Assembly: GCF_006345805.1 (NCBI RefSeq)
Contig: NC_043012.1
Location: forward strand, 40,300,001 to 40,364,000
Source of the DNA: Octopus sinensis
Lineage: Eukaryota
Reading direction: 5' to 3'
DNA length: 64,000 nucleotides
Shown: positions 58,327 through 64,000 of the stretch, one piece after another
Layout: each line of letters opens with the position of its first letter
Numbering within the stretch: the first letter of the stretch is position 1
Notes under the pieces: generated by a model
What the model saw: the letters and a program-made list of their open reading frames with translations, nothing else
What the model was told of the DNA's origin: nothing
Databases searched by the model: none
Translations under genes and position numbers: made by a program

Positions 58327-60634
58327 CAAAACATTCTCCTAGTTTGGTTGTCATTGATATAAGCAATGTTGTAAAGCTACCAAGCCTGTGTTAACAGATG
58401 CACCCAACTACCAACCATTTACGCAGACCATTTACTTATGGAAGAGATTAGGAGAAGGAACCACAATGAGTCAGCTGACCTCTTCACTGTAACAGTTAAA
58501 ATGTCCTTCGAGAAATTAGTGATTCTCTTCAACCATTTTGTGATATACCAACTGGTCTGAAAATTGCTTTTGGTTCCATGATACGAATTCCTTGGTTTTG
58601 CTGTTTTGTTCCCATATTTCAGTTGAAATATTCTGAATTTGTTTTAAATAATTTTGGAAATAATGAAGAATTTAGGAAAATAACTTTGGCATTATGAAAC
58701 TGGTGTTTGATGGAAGGTTTTGGTTGACATTACTTCAAAACAGGAAGCTGGTAATCATAGAACTCGGACAATTCCTGGGAGTCTGCTATCAAAAGAGTTG
58801 CAGAGATTTTAACTAAAAGATTCCATCAAAATTTCGTGGCTAATTTATGTTCTAAACACCAGCTTAATAATGATTTCAAACTTTGACACAAGGCCAACAA
58901 TTTTGTTTTATAGGGTGGTGGGTTAAGTCAATTACATTGACACCAGTACATGACTGGTACTTATTTTATCAACCCTGAATGGATGAAAGGCAAAGTCGAC
59001 CTCAGTGGAATTTGAATTCAGAATCCAATGAGATGAAAGGCTGCGAAGCACTTTGACTGGCATCCTAACCGTTCTGCCACTTTGCCCGGCATACTAACCG
59101 TTCTGCCACTTTGCCACCTTTGTTCATCATCATCATCATCGTTTAATGTCTGTTTTCCATGCTGGCATGGGTTGGACGGTTCAACCGGGGTCTGGGAAGC
59201 CAGGAGGCTGCACCAGGCTCCAGTCTGATCTGGAAGCATTTCTACAGCTGGATGCCCTTCCTAACGCCAACCACTCCGTGAGAATAAATTCTTAATTTCA
59301 AAATTTATTGAAAATAAGGCAGTGTATTTCAACACAAATATGATAAAGGGTTAAAGATAGGGATTTTAGGGGACTTGTAGTCCCTAAAATTGCATAAATG
59401 AAATTGTTGACATCTTCTTCAATAAACTCTGATCTATGATATAAAGAGATACAACAAATAAAGTGTGAGAAGAATCTCAACACAACTTACTTAGCTCCAC
59501 TCAAAATATCAGAAGCTAAAATTTGCCTTCATCAAACTTTTATTCAATCCGTTTTTACATCTGTTTTTTCCCTACTAGCATGGGTTAGACAAATGTAGTT
59601 CTGAGGTGTTATTTTTACAGATGGATGCCTTTTCTGTGGCTAACCCTTATGTGTTTTGTTTTTTTTAATGAGGGATCTCTTATTTTAAATGTCTTCAAAG
59701 ATGTGAAGTGAGCCGATTGATGATTTGTTGACAGGAGGAATGACCATAACAATGCTTTTCATAATGGGCAACTTTTGCACAATGCAAATATAGACACACA
59801 CACATACACATGACTGAACGTGCATGACATGCAACAAAGAAACCATTCGGGGTTTCAGTTCTAATGTTAATTGCATTAAACTCCCACAATCACTTGCACT
59901 CTCAGGTTGTCTTATCCGATGATGGGCTATGGCATAATACAAAGAGCACAACAATAATAATAATAAGAGACAAGAACATGGCACATTGACTTGGTCCTCC
60001 TTTATTCCTGTTGTTACATAGGTTTCAGTATTCAGTAACGCATGACATCACACAATAGATGCAAGCGGTAGATGCACCCTACAGGGCCAGCATGTCAAAG
60101 TCCATGTTCTTTTCCCTCATTTTATGTGTGTGTGTGTGTGTATGAGTCATCTAAGGGTCTATAATACACACAATTCCCACAAACACTTCAAACTAACTCC
60201 AACTGGCTTTACAGCAAATCCAACCAAGGGACATAACTCCCAACCCAATCACCTGCTCTTTTTTGTTTCACCATGTTTTTCACAGCAGCCACAAACCAGA
60301 TGTGTCCATTCACCTCCGACAATAGAGAGCAGTCACCATATTCCTTTCCATATAGCCTAACTCTGATGAGCGTAAGGTTATATAATCGGATTGTTACCTA
60401 ACACTCCATTGTCTTCCTAGCATGAAACCAAATGGTAAGATCAGCCATGATGGCTACATAATACTGTACATTTTAGATAATATATAATGGTATTGCCCAG
60501 GTGTCGAAATCATAATGATATCTGTGGGGCAGCTGATGATGGAGGTATGCTGGATTGTTAATATGGCTGTTTTTGTATATATGGAATAGTATTATAACAC
60601 ATCCTTTTGATATATATATATATACATGTATATG

Positions 60635-60693
<59 letters not shown>

Positions 60694-61282
60694 AGGGTTT
60701 ACAAAAAAGTTCAGAGTTTATTGAAGAAGATATCAACAATTTTCTCTCTCTCTCTCTCTCTTTATATATATTAGGCTTCTTTCAGTTTCCGTCTACCAAA
60801 TCCATTCACAAGGCTTTGGTCAACCCTAGGCTATCGTAGTAAATACTTGCCCAAAGTGCAGTGCAGTGGGATTGAACCTGGAACCATGTGGTTGGGAAGC
60901 AAACTTTTTTTAACCACACAGCCATGCCAATGTCTTTGGATCGTGGCTGACCTGGTACTAAAAGAATAACACCATTCCATCAAACAAAAAAAAAACAGAA
61001 AAATTTACGGAAAATATTTGGGGGAAGAAGAAGTAAGAAAATTAGCATGAAACAAATAATTATAAACGAAGTGAACAAAAGGTGAAGCGGGATAGATAGA
61101 TAGAGAATAGAAGTGTTAACTTACTATTGAGCTGAATCGTTGAGTTGGTACTCTCGAGATCGAGCGACACAAGACATCACTCCAGGATCACTCCACAGCC
61201 TCATGTAGAGAGCAGATAATTCTGGAGTCATGTCACATTCATCAGAATTTTGCGAAATTTCAAAGAGAGTTTTGGCATCATT
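50514..61282 (-). CDS. GNAI: G protein alpha-i subunit, 5'-partial: complement(join(50514..50704,51943..52096,55179..55308,56339..56467,61125..61282))
   Basis: Five AG/GT exons of 158/129/130/154/191 nt give a continuous 253-aa frame with [21 protein letters not shown] and C-terminal KDCGLF*. QPNYIP and DCGLF favour Gi over Go. Confidence 0.96.
51943..52096 (-). CDS. GNAI: Galpha-i exon (154 nt) [19 protein letters not shown]...NKKDLF...FPEYE(G)
   Basis: aaccag acceptor and gtaatt donor. Confidence 0.96.
54580..54775 (+). mobile_element. (GAT)n-tailed repeat family C, probably an RTE-LINE 3' tail or its SINE (representative copy). Others near 350(-), 25040, 28440, 30880(-), 32580(-), 38210, 44245, 53620, 59125(-), 62180
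   Basis: Recurrent ggcacgtaaaaagcacccactacactctcggagtggttggcattaggaagggcatccagc...catgccagcatggaaa..gacgttaaa.gatgatgat. Confidence 0.8.
55179..55308 (-). CDS. GNAI: Galpha-i exon (130 nt) [20 protein letters not shown]...AEDQEM
   Basis: tttctag acceptor and gtgagt donor; switch II. Confidence 0.97.
56339..56467 (-). CDS. GNAI: Galpha-i exon (129 nt) [15 protein letters not shown]...[21 protein letters not shown](K)
   Basis: ttgcag acceptor and gtaagt donor; switch I. Confidence 0.97.
   Translation of the reverse strand, partial: LPKCLGENIATKLYTKCTGCSTHASEDNWNRRDTFYIQGITL
57119..57470 (+). mobile_element. Decayed RTE-like LINE ORF2 C-terminal fragment in a Galpha-i intron
   Basis: [14 protein letters not shown] ... 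[39 protein letters not shown], with internal stops. Confidence 0.75.
57780..57955. repeat. (GAT/GGT)n compound trinucleotide repeat
   Basis: Direct reading. Confidence 0.9.
61125..61282 (-). CDS. GNAI: Galpha-i exon (158 nt) NDAKTLF...RLWSDPG...[12 protein letters not shown](Y)
   Basis: ttttccag acceptor and gtaagt donor; helical-domain sequence. Not in the ORF track. Confidence 0.94.
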
Positions 61283-62965
61283 CTGGAAAAAAAAAGAAAA
61301 GAAAAAACAAATACAACAATGTCATTAGGATTGAATTAAGATATATATGGAAAAAAATTTAACCCATTAATTAACATATTTCTAATTAAATATGACATCC
61401 ACATGGTTCAATTAATTTCGAAAATAATGGAGAGTTTGGAATAATTTATTAAAATAACGAATTTTATCATAATTTATTTGGTGTTACCATTCTGTGTTGT
61501 ACTACATACCAGACCATTCCTGAATGGTTCCAGTGGTATGTTGGTTTTGATAGTTCCTTACACAACCTTTCTTCACCACCTGAGAGAATTGTTAACAGTG
61601 TCAGACTGAATACCTTGTGGTATTTCGTCCAGTTCTTTATGTTCTGAGTTCAAACTCAGCTGAGGTTAACTTTGCCTGTTCATCCTTCTGGCAGACAGAA
61701 AATAACTGGCATTCTGCTGATTTCAATGACAAGTGTTCTAGTTGTCCCAATCAAAGGACAGCCTACTCATGAAATTAACATGCAGATGGCTGAGTACTCC
61801 ACAGACATGTGTACACTTAACATAGTTCTCAAGGAGATTCAGTGTGACACAGAGTGTGTGACAAAGTTTGTTCCTTTTGAATTACAGGTATGACTCATTT
61901 TTGCCCGATGTGTGGACTGGAGCATTGGGAAATCAAGTGTCTTGCTCAAGGACACAACACACCACTGAGGATTGAACTCATGACCTTATGATCGTGAGCC
62001 AAATACTCTTAACCACTCAGCCACACTCTTTTCATGTTACATAAAATAAGGCCACAATTAAGAAAGAAGAGCCATCAAGCCAAACGAAACTGCAGTCGTG
62101 GCAGATACCGGTGTCACGCAAACTGGCACCTGTGCCAGTGGCAGGTAAAGGCGCCCTGGTGTCATGCAAATGGCACCCATGCCAGTGGCACGTAAAAGCA
62201 CCCATTACACGCTCGGAGTGGTTGGAGTTAGGAAGGCATCCAGCAGTGGAAAACCATGCCAAATCAGACTGGAGTCTGGTGCAGCCTTCCAGCTTGCCAG
62301 CCTTGGTCAAACCGTCCAACCCATGACAGCATGGACAATGGATGTTGAATGATGATGATGATGATGAGCAAAGGTGTCAACTACTTCCCCAAACCTTCAG
62401 ACATTTCTGGCCTTGTACCCAATCTAAACACCAATATTACTAGACAAAGAGATCTTGCAAGGGTTCTACAAGATTGTCTTGATGGTATAATATAACTGGT
62501 TCTGAGACAGAGAGAGAGAGAGAGATAAAGGAACAGAGGCAGAGAAGAACTTATTCCCCAGTATTTTACTGGTACTGTATTTATCAATCTCACAAGGATG
62601 GAAGACTAATTTATGAACAGCTGAAAATCGGCAGCTTCGGCGGAAAATCAGAAGAGCTCTCAGGTATTTTAGCAGGTGACAACCCAGCTCAACCTATACA
62701 AGCGAGGTAAGATAGACATAATATGGAGATGGAGGTGATGATGATGATGATGATGATGACAGTGTGGCAGGTGTGAACAACAATAGCAACAGTAAACAGT
62801 GGAAAAGTTAGAAAAAAAAATTACAAGTTCATTGAATATAAAAAGACATGAACAAGAAATAGGTGTGTCTGTGTGTGTGTGTGTGTGTGTGTAGTAAGGC
62901 ATTTCCTCTCACATTCTATTATTTATGAGTTTATGAGAATGTGTGGGAGTGTTTGTAGGTGTGTA

Positions 62966-63000
<35 letters not shown>

Positions 63001-63288
63001 TATATGATGTCTATCCACTTGTGACTGAGGAAGACCATCACTGGCCAATGCACTTGCAAAATGCCACACACACACACACATACACACAAATACAAACATA
63101 CATGTATACATACATTAAACTCTTTGAACTTAATATTTCAGCTAGGAGTTTCCATTTTAGCTAATTCCTAAATAACTCTTCTGAAACAAAATATTTTGAT
63201 TTCTGTAAAATACAGAAAAATATTTCAAAATATTTTTGTGAAATTCCAACATTTAGAACAATATTTGGTTCATAAAACACACACAGAG

Positions 63289-63322
<34 letters not shown>

Positions 63323-64000
63323 AGTAAGCTATTTTCTTCCCATATCTTCCTGAAGATGTAGAGGAAAAGCGTGTTTCAAAAATATCAAAGAAATAAGTGA
63401 AAATATAGTTTATGACGGAATGGATCGTGAATGTTACATGATGATGCCGGTGGTGAAAAAGACAGTGGTATGTGTGTGTGTGTGTATATGTACACACACA
63501 CACACACAAAGATATAATCACATTCTCTTTGGCAATCACACACTTCATGATAAATAGACACACCCACACCCACACCCACACACCCACACCCATAATACAC
63601 TCAAGTCCCAACGTAAGCTATTTTTATGTTTATTCATCCACTTAATGTCATTTTTTTACTTCATTAAATGAGGACAATGTGTTGTGCTGGTGCTCACCTG
63701 CTGCAGGTAGTGTGTGTGTGAGAGAGAGAGAGAGAGTGTGTGTGTGTGTGTAGGTGTACATACAGCATGAAGTAAAAAAAATAAAATTGTACTTCATTCT
63801 CTCTCTCTCTCTCTCTCTCTCAAAGAGAAACAAAATTTATTTCCATTTGATTCACATTATTCTACCAAATTGACTTAAACATAAACCTGACCTTATTTCA
63901 ATTACTCTCTCTCTCTCTTTCCTAAAATATATACACATACTTGTCAGTGAGTGTGTATATATGTAAAGGTATTATTTGGTATTGTCGATCAACTTTTACA

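Noticed and set aside
60361-60400. Second CTGATGAG hammerhead-like core
   Set aside because: No stem II closing on GAAA follows (the sequence continues ...ATCGGATTG).
63320-63360. Possible minus-strand micro-exon of Galpha-i
   Set aside because: It does not match the expected 142-nt exon 3 sequence (IIHE.GY...), and the donor is just the start of a GT repeat.

Overview
AT-rich, microsatellite- and SINE-dense eukaryotic genomic DNA, most likely from an octopus (inferred from repeat style, not proven). There are two convergent spliced genes. (1) G6PD on + has 11 coding exons from 23716 to 42207 (1425 nt, 474 aa plus stop). Its first coding exon (start through ...GAS) was not found and probably lies upstream of the window. 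(2) A G-protein alpha-i subunit on - has 5 coding exons from 61282 down to 50514 (C-terminus DCGLF). Its exons 1-3 lie beyond 64000, and a 3'-UTR intron starts 2 nt after the stop. The rest is mainly mobile DNA: several tRNA-derived SINE and RTE-tail families, RTE LINE fragments, a solo LTR, Tc1/mariner, hAT and piggyBac-like MITEs, Helentron/HINE-like elements, fold-back elements, minisatellites and microsatellites. The most unusual object is a ~360-bp element at 19379-19738 on -. It combines a tRNA-Ser-like Pol III head, an (AAT)n linker and a minimal type I hammerhead ribozyme motif, inside a 53-bp inverted repeat. Other leads are an orphan exon with textbook splice signals (8066-8144), a G6PD acceptor built from a 430-bp (ATT)n array, and several long intronic fold-backs that could be ADAR substrates. 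All calls were made by eye. Human exon sizes and residue numbers are recalled, not looked up.
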